The notes beneath the pieces are model-generated. The model saw only the letters and a list, made by a program, of their open reading frames with translations, did not search any database and had not been told where the DNA came from. A stretch of 64,000 nucleotides of DNA from an uncultured Chloroflexia bacterium (lineage in GTDB: Bacteria > Chloroflexota > Limnocylindria > Limnocylindrales > CSP1-4): NCBI GenBank assembly GCA_963746845.1, contig CAVVCZ010000004.1, positions 1 to 64,000 of the forward strand. The letters are read 5' to 3'. The translations under genes were made by a program, and so were the position numbers. This document shows positions 18,365 to 28,836 of the stretch, in pieces. Each line of letters opens with the position of its first letter. The first letter of the stretch is position 1.

Positions 18365-18937
18365 TCAGGCACCGCCCTCCAGGTTTTCCAGGAGCCAGTG
18401 CTTGGACTTGCTCGAGCCGAGCTCGACCGCGGCGGCGATGTTCAGGAGCATCCCCTCCGCGAAGAAGTGGTGGATCTCCTCGCCGCTGGCCCCGGACAGC
18501 TCCCGGACGCGGCGATGGAGGGCGGCGAACTCCTCCCGGACGACCTCGCGGACGTCCGGGTCCGCGCACGCCGCGTAGGCCTGGAGCTGGACGAGGAGCG
18601 AGGTCCGGTCGGCGAGCTGGCGCATGTAGGTGGCCGCCATCGCCTCCAGGACCGAGTTGCAGCCGGGGGTCTCACCGGGGAGGTAGTCCCGGGCGGCACC
18701 CTCGAAGGCGTAGGTCGTCCGGGCGAAGCACCGGCGGACGACCGCGAGGAACAGCTCCTTCTTCGTCCCGAACAGCTGGAACACGTACGGCTGCGAGACG
18801 CCGGCCCGCCGGGCGATCGCCTCGGTCGAGGCCCCGACGAGGCCGCCGGTCGCGAACTCCTGGACGCCGGCAGCCACGATCGCGTCGCGGCGCTCGTCGG
18901 CGGTCATGCGGGTGGGTCGGGGATCGGTCGCGGTCAT
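18365..18937 (-). CDS. TetR-family regulator
   Basis: IARRAGVSQPYVFQLFGTKKELF HTH. Confidence 0.93.
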   Translation of the reverse strand: MTATDPRPTRMTADERRDAIVAAGVQEFATGGLVGASTEAIARRAGVSQPYVFQLFGTKKELFLAVVRRCFARTTYAFEGAARDYLPGETPGCNSVLEAMAATYMRQLADRTSLLVQLQAYAACADPDVREVVREEFAALHRRVRELSGASGEEIHHFFAEGMLLNIAAAVELGSSKSKHWLLENLEGGA

Positions 18938-18943
18938 GGGCGT

Positions 18944-18972
18944 AACTTAGTACTCACTAAGTTCCACGTCAA
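18944..18972 (-). promoter_or_regulatory. tetR promoter with palindromic operator
   Basis: TTGACG-N17-TAAGTT before a leaderless ATG; IR AACTTAGT-ACTC-ACTAAGTT (18944-18963). A related TTAGTGA...CGCTAG site lies upstream of the MFS gene at ~18306. Confidence 0.75.
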
Positions 18973-19019
18973 CCCGACATTTGTCCACACTTCCCGATCG
19001 GGCCGCCGGCTGTTCTGGG

Positions 19020-20057
19020 TCAGTGCCCGCCGTGGTCCCGGCGGAACCAGCCCATCGCCCCGCCGGACGACGACGAGGTCGGGGTGGGGGTCGGCTCGGG
19101 CGGCTTCCATGAGCCTGCCACGACGGCGACGGGCTCCGAGATCGGCGTCGCGATGGCATCGATCGAGCCGGTCGAGCCCGCGCCCGCGGGCACGGCCTCG
19201 GCGCCGATCCCGATCGTTCCCCCCTCGGCCGTCACGTCCGTCGCGGAGGGCGGGGCCAGGGCGACGGTCGGGAATGCCTCGTCGGCGGACGCCGCGTCCG
19301 CGGAGGCCGGATCCGCCACGGCCTCGCCGGTCGTCACCGTCGACGCGTTCCATGCCCCCCAGGTGCCGGCGGGCTCGAGCGCCTCGGAGACGTCCATCAC
19401 GCCGATGACCGGAGCCGCGGCCGCAGCGGGGGCGGCGATCGCGTCGAGGTCCGGGAATGCCGGCCGGTGACCGGCGTTCTGGGCGATCGCGACCGGGTCG
19501 TCGTTCTCGTCCAGCTTCGAGAAGTACGCGTCGACCTCCGAGCGATGGGCGGCGATCGCCGCCTCGACCCGCTCGATCTCGAGATCCATCTGGGTACCGT
19601 GCTGGGCGAGGCTCGTCTCGAGATCGGCCTGGAGGGCGGCCACCCGCCGGCCCTGCTCGTCGGCGATCCGCTGGTGCTCGCTCTCGACCCACGCGTCGAT
19701 CGCCTTGCCGTCCTGCTCCGCAAGCTCGCGGATGCCGGCCGTCTCCGACTCGCGTCGTGCATTGATCGCCTCGATCTGGCCGACGCGCCGGCGCTCGATG
19801 TCCTCGTCGACCCGGCCCCGCTCGGCGGTCGCCGCGTCCTTCATCACCTTGGCCAGGCTCGCCATGAACACCGCGCCGTCGTCGACCGTCGCGGGCTCGG
19901 GCGAGTCGGTCTCGGCCTCGGCGATTGCCGTGTCCGCGGCCGCCCCCACGGGCTTGAACGAGGGCTCCGACGTCGCGCCGTTCGAGTGCCACGGGGAGGT
20001 CAGCTCGGGCTCGGGTGACGGGTCGACGGGGTTGATCTGGGGCGATTCCTCGACCAT
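19020..20057 (-). CDS. Hypothetical coiled-coil protein with acidic Ala/Pro-rich tail
   Basis: GAGGAG RBS; heptad-rich middle; ends GWFRRDHGGH. Confidence 0.7.
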   Translation of the reverse strand: MVEESPQINPVDPSPEPELTSPWHSNGATSEPSFKPVGAAADTAIAEAETDSPEPATVDDGAVFMASLAKVMKDAATAERGRVDEDIERRRVGQIEAINARRESETAGIRELAEQDGKAIDAWVESEHQRIADEQGRRVAALQADLETSLAQHGTQMDLEIERVEAAIAAHRSEVDAYFSKLDENDDPVAIAQNAGHRPAFPDLDAIAAPAAAAAPVIGVMDVSEALEPAGTWGAWNASTVTTGEAVADPASADAASADEAFPTVALAPPSATDVTAEGGTIGIGAEAVPAGAGSTGSIDAIATPISEPVAVVAGSWKPPEPTPTPTSSSSGGAMGWFRRDHGGH

Positions 20058-20308
20058 CTCGAACTCCTCGAATCTCCGCCGTCGATCACGTCGCGACGAG
20101 GTCGCGGACGCCGGGGACAGGGTCATGACGGAGGTTGCGATCCTACTGCGGGCGGTGACCGAGGGCAACGCCCAAATCCGTGCAGGGGCCCGATGCCGAC
20201 GCCGGCGAGACGGGGCCGAGCTAGGGTGGCTCGGTCGCCCATGGGTCCCGCTGGTTCGCCGGTGATTCCCGGGCGTCGGCTCCGGGCGCGCGCGCGGTTG
20301 ATGCGTCG

Positions 20309-21049
20309 GTGTCTGCCGGATCGGGGAACGCGCGAATGGGCACGAATGGCACGACTTCGGATGGCCGCTCCGCCGCGACCGTCGCGGCTGCCCCGGCTGC
20401 CCTTCGTGTCGCGATCGTCGCCGATGTCCGGTTGTTCCGCGATGGCCTCGCCGAGCTGATCGCCCGGTCGGACGACCTGCGGGTCGTCGCCCAGGTGCGG
20501 TGCGCCGATGCCGGCACGATCGAGGTCGCGACGCTCCGCCCGGATGTCGTCCTGTGGGACCTCGCCGGCCAGGGCGACGTCGAGGCGATCCGCGCGTTCG
20601 CGACGTCGGCCCCGGACGTCGGGGTACTGATCCTCGCGGTCGACGAGCTCGAGCCGGAGGTCGTCCGCCTGGCCGAGGCGGGCATGGGCGGCTGCGTGAC
20701 CCGGGACGCCGACATGGCCGAGCTGATCCGGGCGATGCGGAGCGTTGCCGCCGGGGAGTTCCCGTGCAGCCCGCGGGTCGCGGGCGCGCTGCTGCGCCGG
20801 GTGGGAACGCTCGCCCAGCGCTCGCGGGCCGAGACGAGCGCGACCCTGACGCCACGGGAGCTCGAGATCATCCGGCTCGTCGGGCAGGGGAGGACGAACA
20901 AGGAGATCGCGGCGGAGCTGTCGGTCGAGCTGTCGACGGTCAAGAACCACGTCCACAACGCGCTCGAGAAGCTCGGGGTCCACCGGCGGAGCGAGGCGGT
21001 GGCGATGGTCGGCGTGGGCGTGATGCCCGTCGGGAGTCGCGAGAACTAG
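20309..21049 (+). CDS. NarL/LuxR-family response regulator at the head of the eCIS locus
   Basis: REC-like N-terminus (PDVVLWD); LTPRELEII...TNKEIA...TVKNHVHN HTH. Start may be 20336. Confidence 0.9.
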   Translation: MSAGSGNARMGTNGTTSDGRSAATVAAAPAALRVAIVADVRLFRDGLAELIARSDDLRVVAQVRCADAGTIEVATLRPDVVLWDLAGQGDVEAIRAFATSAPDVGVLILAVDELEPEVVRLAEAGMGGCVTRDADMAELIRAMRSVAAGEFPCSPRVAGALLRRVGTLAQRSRAETSATLTPRELEIIRLVGQGRTNKEIAAELSVELSTVKNHVHNALEKLGVHRRSEAVAMVGVGVMPVGSREN

Positions 21050-21147
21050 TCCCCGCCGCCGGACCGTTTCCGGACCCCTGGATCCATTCCGTCGCCCCGC
21101 GACGCGCCCGAGACTCGGGACCGCCGACCGTTCAGGAGAGGCGGGAG

Positions 21148-21528
21148 TTGTCAAGGATCCGCGTCGTGCTGGCCGACCTGTCGCCGATGCTCACGAGCCT
21201 GATCACCGAGCTGATCGGGAGCCCCCAGATCGAGGTGATCCGGGGTCGCGCGGGCGCGGACCTGTCCTCGCTCGTCGCCGAGTCGGGGGCCGCGGTCGTG
21301 ATCATGCCGGGCGACGCCTCCGGGTTCACGGAGGCCGGTCGCCGCCTGCTCGACGAGCGGGCGCGGCTCCGTGTCCTGGCGCTCGGTGAGCACGCGCGGT
21401 CCGGGGTCCTCGGCGACCTCGCGATCCGGACGGTCGATCTCGAGGACCTTTCCACCCAGACCCTGCTCGACGCGGTGACCGGCGGGCAGGGCGACGCGCC
21501 GGACGTCGCGGACGGGGACTCGACATGA
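21148..21528 (+). CDS. Stand-alone degenerate receiver-like protein
   Basis: AGGAG RBS, TTG start; RIRVVLADLSPMLTSLI...EVI; ATGA overlap with the Pvc16 gene. Confidence 0.6.
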   Translation: MSRIRVVLADLSPMLTSLITELIGSPQIEVIRGRAGADLSSLVAESGAAVVIMPGDASGFTEAGRRLLDERARLRVLALGEHARSGVLGDLAIRTVDLEDLSTQTLLDAVTGGQGDAPDVADGDST

Positions 21529-22079
21529 TCCGCGACGTCACCGAGGCCCTGATCCAGCTGATCGCCGACGAGACCCCCGAGACGCCCAACTGGGTCCTGG
21601 CGACGTCGCTCCACGGGGGCGTCGGCACGGAGCCGACCGCGGACAAGCTCCACGTGTTCCTCTACGCGATCGAGGAGCACGCCCATCTCCGGAACCTGCC
21701 GCCGGTCCTGACGCCGGACGGCTACCGGCAGCCGCCGCTGTTCCTCCGTCTCCACTACCTGATGACCTATTTCTCGACGGACCACCTCGAGAGCCAGGCG
21801 CGTCTCGCGAAGGTCGCCGAGATCTTCTACGCGACACCGGTCCTGGGACCGGATCGGATCCGGGCGGCCCTGGCGCAACGCGTGGGGCGGATCACGGTCC
21901 GGATGCGGAACCCGGGCGCGGAGGAGCGGAGCCAGGTCTGGACCGGGCTCGGCCGGCCGATGCGCCTGGCCCTCTACTACGACGTCGATGTCGCCCCGAT
22001 CGACAACGTGGATCCCGAGGGCGCGGGCATCATCCAGCGCCGCGAGATCGAGTACGGCTACCGGGTCCCGCCGCAATGA
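21525..22079 (+). CDS. eCIS tail terminator/cap, Pvc16/Afp16 (DUF4255)
   Basis: LHVFLYAIEEHAHLRN, PPLFLRLHYLMT, W..LGRPMRLALYYDV. Confidence 0.9.
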   Translation: MIRDVTEALIQLIADETPETPNWVLATSLHGGVGTEPTADKLHVFLYAIEEHAHLRNLPPVLTPDGYRQPPLFLRLHYLMTYFSTDHLESQARLAKVAEIFYATPVLGPDRIRAALAQRVGRITVRMRNPGAEERSQVWTGLGRPMRLALYYDVDVAPIDNVDPEGAGIIQRREIEYGYRVPPQ

Positions 22080-22687
22080 CCGCGTTCGTGGAGCTCGAAC
22101 GCTCGGCCCGGGCCGTGGAGCACGTCGTGCGGGTCAGCCACGCCTCGACCGGCGCGGCCATCGCCCCGCTCGATGCGTCGTGGATCGGGGACGCGCCGCT
22201 CGGCCGGCTGATCCGCGTCGTCGGCGCGACGGTCGTCGTCTCGATGGACGAGCGCTACCTGCCGCCGGCCGGTGCCCCGGCGCCGGCCCAGCCGCCGCCC
22301 CCGCCCCGGATCCGCATCGCGGTCCGCGACGACGCGCTGACTCGCCGCCTGGCCACGCCGACCGTCGAGGTCGCGCTGGACGCGGCGCAGAAGGACGTCG
22401 CGCTCGACCCCATCCCGATGACCCTGGCGATCGATCTCGTCCGGCCCGGTGCCGGTCCGAACGGCGGACCGAGCACCGGCAGGACGGTCGAGGCGCGGGC
22501 CTCGAACGCAACGCGCGTCGCGCTGGCCGAGGACGCCGGCACGCCGGGCACGTATCGGTCTGCCGCCCGGGTCTGGACGGCCGGCTTCAACCCCCTCGAC
22601 CTGCTCGTGGGGAACACCCTCGTCCGGCGGATCGCGATCGACTTCGCGCGGACGGAGACACGGGTCACCGTGGTGGATCCCACGTGA
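22076..22687 (+). CDS. eCIS accessory hypothetical protein (beta-rich)
   Basis: ATGA-coupled between Pvc16 and sheath genes. Confidence 0.65.
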   Translation: MTAFVELERSARAVEHVVRVSHASTGAAIAPLDASWIGDAPLGRLIRVVGATVVVSMDERYLPPAGAPAPAQPPPPPRIRIAVRDDALTRRLATPTVEVALDAAQKDVALDPIPMTLAIDLVRPGAGPNGGPSTGRTVEARASNATRVALAEDAGTPGTYRSAARVWTAGFNPLDLLVGNTLVRRIAIDFARTETRVTVVDPT

Positions 22688-22712
22688 CCGCCAGCGAGCC
22701 GAGGAGGCCATC

Positions 22713-25274
22713 GTGAGCTCCTACCTGTCACCGGGCGTCTACATCGAGGAGGTCCCGTCCGGCCCGCAGCCGATCGCCGCCGCGTCGACGAGCGTCGTGG
22801 CGGTCATCGGCAGCACCTCGAAGGGTCCCTACCTGACCCCGACCCGCATCCCGAGCTGGGCCGACTACCTGCGGATCTTCGGCGGAACGACCCAGGCCAC
22901 GACCGGCGGCTTCACCGCCGAGTCGGTCTACGGCTACTTCGAGAACGGCGGCCCCGCGGTCTACATCGTCCGGGTCGACCCGAGCACGTCCGCGGAGTGG
23001 CGCGTCAACGACTCCGCCGGCGCGGCCGTGTTCACGGTCGACGCGCTGTCGCCCGGCGCGTGGGCCAACGATCTCGACGTCGTCGTCTCGCCGGACCTGT
23101 CCGGTGGCAGCGGCCAGACCTACCTGTCGACGGTCACCGGCGCGGCCAACGTGACCCTGAAGGCGGCCCCGATCGACCTTCCCGTCAGCTCGACCCAGGG
23201 GATCTCGGTCGGCGACAAGGTGATCGTCGCCGGGACGGCCGGCACGGCGGTCGCCACGGTCAACGACAAGGGCCCCGCGACCATCAACGTGACGAAGAGC
23301 GCCGGTGGTGACTTCGTCGTCGCCCCCGGGAGCATCGTCGCCGGCCGCGCGGACGCCGCCGACGTGAAGGTCACGCTCGCGGCGGCGAACGGCTTCAAGC
23401 CGGGCGATGTCGTGCTCGTCGAGCAGCCGGACCGGACGCGCGTCTCGGCGGTCATCGCGACCGTCGCGCCGATGACCGGGGGCGGCGCCGTCCTGACCCT
23501 CCAGGCCGGGTTCGGCGTGGTCGTGCCCGGCGCCCAGTTCACCGATCGCACCCGACGGTTCCGCGGCCAGGTCGCGCCGACGGGGTCGACCGTGGCCCTG
23601 AGCGCGATCACCTGGAACGAGGCGGCCGACCTCCAGCCGGTCCTCGCCGACATCCCGACCAACAACTTCCGGGCCTTCGCCGCGAACGGGCTCCAGGGAC
23701 GCTGGAGCACGAACAAGTTCGACTTCGCGCCGTCGACCCCGCCCGCGGGATCGATCGAGGTGGAGGCGGTCGTCAAGGTCGTCACCTACAGCGAGGCGAT
23801 CGACCTCGCGAACCCGAGCCTGGACGTCCTGAACAACCGGTTCTCGTTCGTCCCGGTCGGCACCAACCTGGAGCTGAGCGACGGCGCGAACACGGCCACC
23901 CTGGCCCAGGGCGCGAACGGGTTCACCACCGCCGACTCCCTGGCCCACACCTTCACGAAGGCGACGTTCAAGCTGCCGAACCAGGCCTCGAAGGGCGTCG
24001 CGGTCCGCTGCGCGGTCGCGCCCCTCGTCGGGGACTACGTGGCCTTCGGCGCCAACCTGCTCCAGATCACGAAGGTCACCGCGCCCGGCGGCAGCATCTA
24101 CGTGCTCTCGTTCGCCGAGACGACGGATCTGAGCGCCATCGCCGAGACGCGGTTCTCCCTGCGAGCGTTCCAGGAGAGCCGGTTCCAGCCGCTCCGCTTC
24201 AAGCTCGCGGTGACCAACGCGGGCGGAACCCTCGAGGAATACCGCAACCTCGCCCTCGATCCGGGCCATCCCCAGTACTACGTCCGCGACGGGGTCATCA
24301 ACAAGGTGTCGAGCCGGATCACGGTCGGTGCCCGGACGGCGGTGACGCCGATCGCGGAGCCGACGATGCCGGCGAGCGTCGCCCGGACCCAGAGCGGCGC
24401 CGACCGGGCGGCCGGTGCCGCCGATCTCAAGAAGGGCTTCGACGCGCTGGAGCCCGAGACCGAGCCGGCGATGGTCATCTGCCCGGACGTCGTGCTGTTC
24501 GACGACCCGCTCCTCCAGGTCGACGTGATCGGGGCGATGGTCACCCACTGCGAGACGTTCCGGCGCTACGCGATCGTCGACACGCCGAACATCGGTGACG
24601 ACCAGGCCCTCGTGCGCTGGCGCAACTCCGCGGTCGACAGCACCTATGCCGGCGTCTTCGCGCCGCATCTCCAGATCGTCAATCTGGACCCGGACGCGCC
24701 CGACCGCTACCGGGTCGTCCCGCCGTCGGGGTTCATCGCGGGGGTCTTTGCCCGGACGGACCGTGAGCGCGGCGTCCACAAGGCGCCCGGCAACGAACGG
24801 GTCCGCGGGATCGTGGGCCTCGCCCAGAACTACACGACCGGGCGGCAGGACTTCCTGAACCCGGTCGGGGTGAACCTCGTCCGGATCTTCCCGCAGCGCG
24901 GCACACGGCTGTGGGGTGCCCGGAACGCGACCGACGACGTCACGTGGCGGTACGTCAACGTCCGCCGGCTCTTCAACCAGATCGAGAACTCGGTCGAGCG
25001 CGGCACGCAGTGGGTCGTGTTCGAGCCGAACACCAGCTCGACCTGGCTCCGCGTGAAGGTCTCGGTCGAGAACTTCCTCGACCAGCAGTGGCGTGCCGGC
25101 GCCCTCGCCGGCGCATCGGCGGCGGATGCCTTCCGGGTCCGCGTCGGGCTCGGCCAGACGATGACCGAGACCGACATCGACCTCGGGCTGATCGTGATCG
25201 AGGTCGCGGTCGCCCCGGCCAAGCCGGCCGAGTTCGTCGTCTTCCGGTTCTCCCACAAGCGACTGACCGAGTAG
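22713..25274 (+). CDS. Contractile tail sheath protein (853 aa, large internal insertion)
   Basis: YLSPGVYIEEV, RGVHKAPGN, WRYVNVRRL, WVVFEPN, PAEFVVFR. Confidence 0.96.
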   Translation: MSSYLSPGVYIEEVPSGPQPIAAASTSVVAVIGSTSKGPYLTPTRIPSWADYLRIFGGTTQATTGGFTAESVYGYFENGGPAVYIVRVDPSTSAEWRVNDSAGAAVFTVDALSPGAWANDLDVVVSPDLSGGSGQTYLSTVTGAANVTLKAAPIDLPVSSTQGISVGDKVIVAGTAGTAVATVNDKGPATINVTKSAGGDFVVAPGSIVAGRADAADVKVTLAAANGFKPGDVVLVEQPDRTRVSAVIATVAPMTGGGAVLTLQAGFGVVVPGAQFTDRTRRFRGQVAPTGSTVALSAITWNEAADLQPVLADIPTNNFRAFAANGLQGRWSTNKFDFAPSTPPAGSIEVEAVVKVVTYSEAIDLANPSLDVLNNRFSFVPVGTNLELSDGANTATLAQGANGFTTADSLAHTFTKATFKLPNQASKGVAVRCAVAPLVGDYVAFGANLLQITKVTAPGGSIYVLSFAETTDLSAIAETRFSLRAFQESRFQPLRFKLAVTNAGGTLEEYRNLALDPGHPQYYVRDGVINKVSSRITVGARTAVTPIAEPTMPASVARTQSGADRAAGAADLKKGFDALEPETEPAMVICPDVVLFDDPLLQVDVIGAMVTHCETFRRYAIVDTPNIGDDQALVRWRNSAVDSTYAGVFAPHLQIVNLDPDAPDRYRVVPPSGFIAGVFARTDRERGVHKAPGNERVRGIVGLAQNYTTGRQDFLNPVGVNLVRIFPQRGTRLWGARNATDDVTWRYVNVRRLFNQIENSVERGTQWVVFEPNTSSTWLRVKVSVENFLDQQWRAGALAGASAADAFRVRVGLGQTMTETDIDLGLIVIEVAVAPAKPAEFVVFRFSHKRLTE

Positions 25275-25312
25275 CGATCTGATCGGGTCGCAGACCGAAA
25301 GGAGCACCACCC

Positions 25313-25759
25313 ATGTACCCGATGACATCGCTGCACTTCACGGTGAGCTGGGGCGATTCCGAGAACACCTCGTCCTTCTCCGAGGTGAGCGGCCTGACGA
25401 TGGAGGCCGAGGCGATCGAGTACCGCGACGGGACCGACCTGTCGCTGACCGCGCGGAAGGTCCCGGGCCTCAAGAAGTTCGGCAACGTCTCGCTCAAGCG
25501 GGGGATCATGCCGGCCGTCGCCGGCAACGGCCTGTACGAGTGGTACGCCACGATCCAGGCCGGCACGGTCGCCCGCCGGCCGGTGACGATCAGCCTCCTC
25601 AACGAGACCCACGACCCGGTCATGACCTGGAAGATCAAGGACGCGTGGCCGGTCAAGCTCGAGGGTCCCGGGCTGAACGCGACGGGCAACGAGATCGCGA
25701 TCGAGGCGCTCGAGTTCGTCTGCGAGGGGGTGGAGATCGAGATCGCCGGGGCCGGCTGA
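25313..25759 (+). CDS. Tail tube protein (T4 gp19-like, Afp1/5)
   Basis: FSEVSGL, IEYRDG, KVPGL.KF.NVSLKRG, W....AWPVK. Confidence 0.95.
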   Translation: MYPMTSLHFTVSWGDSENTSSFSEVSGLTMEAEAIEYRDGTDLSLTARKVPGLKKFGNVSLKRGIMPAVAGNGLYEWYATIQAGTVARRPVTISLLNETHDPVMTWKIKDAWPVKLEGPGLNATGNEIAIEALEFVCEGVEIEIAGAG

Positions 25760-25760
25760 C

Positions 25761-26210
25761 GTGGGCTGGCCACGGCTCAACGCCCACTTCCAGCTCCTGA
25801 TCGACGGGTTGACGCTCGGCGACTTCAGCGAGTGCACGGGGCTGGCCGGCGAGACCGGGACCGAGGACTACCTGGAGGGCGGCGAGAACCGCTTCGCCCA
25901 CAAGTTCCCGGTCCGGGCGACCTGGCCGAACCTCGTCCTCAAGCGGGGCACGACCGACTCGACGGCCCTCTGGAGCTGGTACTACGAGTACGTCGAATCG
26001 GGCAAGGTCGCGCCGCGCGACGGGCAGGTCCACCTGCTCGCCTGGGACGACGCGCTCAAGTCCCTGCGGCCGGTCCGGGTCTGGGCGTTCCGCCGCGGCT
26101 ACCCGGTGAAGATGACCGGCCCGGACCTCAACGCCCAGTCGCCGGCCGTCGCGATCGAGTCCGTGGAGGTCGTCCATCACGGTCTCGTCGTCGTCCCGCC
26201 GCCGAGTTGA
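25761..26210 (+). CDS. Second tail tube protein (gp19-like)
   Basis: FSECTGL, EGGEN, NLVLKRG, YPVKMTGPDL. Confidence 0.93.
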   Translation: MGWPRLNAHFQLLIDGLTLGDFSECTGLAGETGTEDYLEGGENRFAHKFPVRATWPNLVLKRGTTDSTALWSWYYEYVESGKVAPRDGQVHLLAWDDALKSLRPVRVWAFRRGYPVKMTGPDLNAQSPAVAIESVEVVHHGLVVVPPPS

Positions 26211-26220
26211 GGGCGGGCCG

Positions 26221-26406
26221 ATGCCGATCGTGATCCGGGAGATCGTCACCGAGGTGGTCGTCCGCGGCCGCGACGAACCCGACGCGACCCCGAGCCCGGC
26301 GCCCGCGCCCGGTGCCGCCGACGACGCCGACACCCGGACCGACGCGATCGTCCGGCGGGCCGTCGAGCGCGTCCTCGAGATCCTCCGCCGCGAGTGGGAG
26401 CCGTAG
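26221..26406 (+). CDS. Small eCIS protein (DUF5908-like)
   Basis: MPIVIREIV...AVERVLEILRRE; typical position after the tube genes. Confidence 0.75.
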   Translation: MPIVIREIVTEVVVRGRDEPDATPSPAPAPGAADDADTRTDAIVRRAVERVLEILRREWEP

Positions 26407-26415
26407 GAGCCCCCG

Positions 26416-27084
26416 ATGCAACTCCTCGAACAGCAGCTCGACAAGCTGACGCTCGACATCTACGAGAGCCAGAAGTACGAGGGCGCGCCCTCGGCCGTCT
26501 GGCAGGCCCTGTTCAACCCCACCCAGCTCGGCTTCAGCCGGACCAACCGGTTCAACGAGACGCCCGCGGCCGGGTCGTCGAAGCCGGAGGTGGCGTACGG
26601 CGGCGGGCAGCCGGACGAGATGACGGTGGAGCTGTTCGTCGACGGGACGGGCGTCGTCGAGAGCAGCGAGACGGTCCGCTCCCGGGTGGATCGGCTGATC
26701 TCGTACATGGAGTTCGTCCCCCACACCCACCAGCCCTATTACGTCCACCTCCACTGGGGCAACTTCCACTTCCGCGGCGTCCTGACGAAGGTCGACATCA
26801 AGTACACCCTGTTCGACCGCGTCGGCGAGCCGCTCCGGGCCACCGCGACGCTCGCCCTGAAGGAGTCGATCGCCCACGAGGAGGTCGCGGCCAAGGACAA
26901 GGCCAGCTCGCCCGACCTGTACCAGACCTGGCTGGTCAACGAGGGCGACACGATCGACGTCATCGCCGAGCGGATCTACGGATCGCCGGACTGGTGGCGG
27001 CCGATCGCCGCCGCCAACCACCTCGTCAATCCCCGGGCCCTGGTCGCCGGCCAGGTCCTGACGCTCCCACCGCGGGTCGCCTGA
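26416..27084 (+). CDS. CIS tube initiator with LysM (Afp7/Pvc7)
   Basis: FNP...WG..F.GVL...LFDR.G.PLRAT; LysM GDTIDVIA..IYG...WRPIA.AN. Confidence 0.92.
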   Translation: MQLLEQQLDKLTLDIYESQKYEGAPSAVWQALFNPTQLGFSRTNRFNETPAAGSSKPEVAYGGGQPDEMTVELFVDGTGVVESSETVRSRVDRLISYMEFVPHTHQPYYVHLHWGNFHFRGVLTKVDIKYTLFDRVGEPLRATATLALKESIAHEEVAAKDKASSPDLYQTWLVNEGDTIDVIAERIYGSPDWWRPIAAANHLVNPRALVAGQVLTLPPRVA

Positions 27085-27085
27085 C

Positions 27086-28829
27086 GTGCCCGGCGCGACG
27101 CTCAGCGCGACGACCCTGGACCGGCCGGAGATCGGCGTGTCCGTGGACGGCCAGGCGCTCGAGAAGATCGTCCTGCGGGACGTCATGGAGGTCGACGTCC
27201 ACGAGGAGGTCAACCGGCACGCCCGGCTGTCGCTCCTCGTCCAGAACTGGGATCCGGACAAGCGCCAGGTGCGCTACTCGGACGACGGACCGTTCGTTCC
27301 CGGCAAGAAGATCAGCGTGTCGCTCGGCTACCACGCGGAGCTGACCGCGGTCTTCAGCGGGCGTGATCACCGCGATCGAAGCGCACTTCAGCGCGGCGAC
27401 CGGGGCGACGGTCCAGGTGGACGCCCGCTCGAAGAGCATCTTCCTCGCCCACCCGGCGCGATCGCGCCAGTTCGAGGAGACGACGGACGGCGACGTCGTC
27501 CAGGCGATCGCCTCCGACTACCGGCTCAACGCGAAGGCCGAGACCGGGGCGTCCCGCCAGACCGTCGTGCAGGACCGCCGGTCCGACTGGTCCGCGCTCG
27601 TCGCCCGGGCCGACGAGGTGGGCTGGGTGACGTATGTCCGGGACGACGACCTGGTCTTCGGGCCGCCGGCGAAGCCGACCGGCAACGAGCCGGAGCTGAA
27701 GCTCGGCGCGAACCTCACGGAGATCCACCTCGCCGAGGACCTCACCCGCCTGGCCGATCCGATCACCTCGTCCGCGTGGGATGCGGAGCAGCTCGCCGCG
27801 CAGGACGCCGACGCGGACGCCGGCCGGAGCCAGGTCCCGTCCGGCGGCCGGTCGACGGCGACGGACGCGGTGGGCGACGCCGGGTGGCCGGCCCGGGCGG
27901 CGGTGCTCAGCGCGACGCTGCCCCAGTCGTCGGAGGAGCTGGACCGGATCGCGATCGGGCGGGTGAACCGGCAGGAGCTCGAGCACATCAACGGGTCCGG
28001 GTCGACGGTCGGCAACCCGGCGCTGCGGATCGACGGCTGGGTCAAGATCGTCGGGGTCGGTGATCGGCTCGGCGGGACGCACTACCTGACGGCGGTCCGC
28101 CATCGCGTGGGGCCGAACGGCTTCCGGACCGAGTTCCGGCTCGGGTTCGCCGAGCGGCTCGTGCCCCCGGCGACGACGCGGGCGATGGATGCGGGACTCC
28201 GTCTCGGGGTGGTCGACGATCTCGACGACCCCCTTGGCTGGGGCCGGGTCAAGGTCAAGTTCCCGTGGCGGACCGATGCGGCCGACGCGGTGTGGGCCCG
28301 CATCGCGACGCTGGACGCGGGTCCGTCCGAGGGGACCTGGTTCATCCCGGACGTCGGGCAGGAGGTCGTCGTCGACTTCCTCGACGGCGACGAGGGCCAC
28401 CCGATCGTGCTCGGGTCGCTCTGGAACGGCCAGCAGGGCGTGCCGGTGACGATCGACCCGGACAAGAACGACATCCGCTCGATCGTCACCCGCTCCGGCC
28501 ACAAGCTCGAGTTCAACGACGGCTCCTCGAAGGCCGTGACGATCGAGACCGCGGGCGGTCACCGCGTCGTCCTCGACGACGACGGCGGCAAGATCACCCT
28601 CGAGGAGTCCGGCTCGAAGAACAAGCTCGAGCTGAGCGGCGACGGGGTCATCATCACCGCGGCCAAGGGCGACGTGTCGATCTCGGCGTCCTCCGGCAAG
28701 GTGAAGATCGACGCGTCGGGCGTCGAGGTGAAGTCGACCGGGCCGGCCAAGATCGAGAGCTCCGCGACCGCGGAGCTGAAGGCGGCGGCGACGCTCACGC
28801 TGAGCGGCGCCCTCGTGAAGCTGAACTGA
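27086..28829 (+). CDS. vgrG: VgrG-like spike (gp27 hub + gp5 OB-fold; Afp8), apparent frameshift near 27360
   Basis: N-terminal hub ...SLGY...VFSG continues as VITAIE after one extra G; GRVKVKFPW, PDVGQEVVVDF, PIVLGSLWN. Confidence 0.9.
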
Positions 28830-28836
28830 GGCCGGG

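Noticed and set aside
21050-21147. GGACC/GGATCC recurrences as LuxR boxes upstream of the eCIS
   Set aside because: Too short and irregular to distinguish from chance at this GC content.
27340-27380. Programmed frameshift or split of VgrG
   Set aside because: No slippery site. Similar single G/C insertions break vapC, the MFS gene, cofE and the LLM gene, which points to assembly error; raw reads should be checked.
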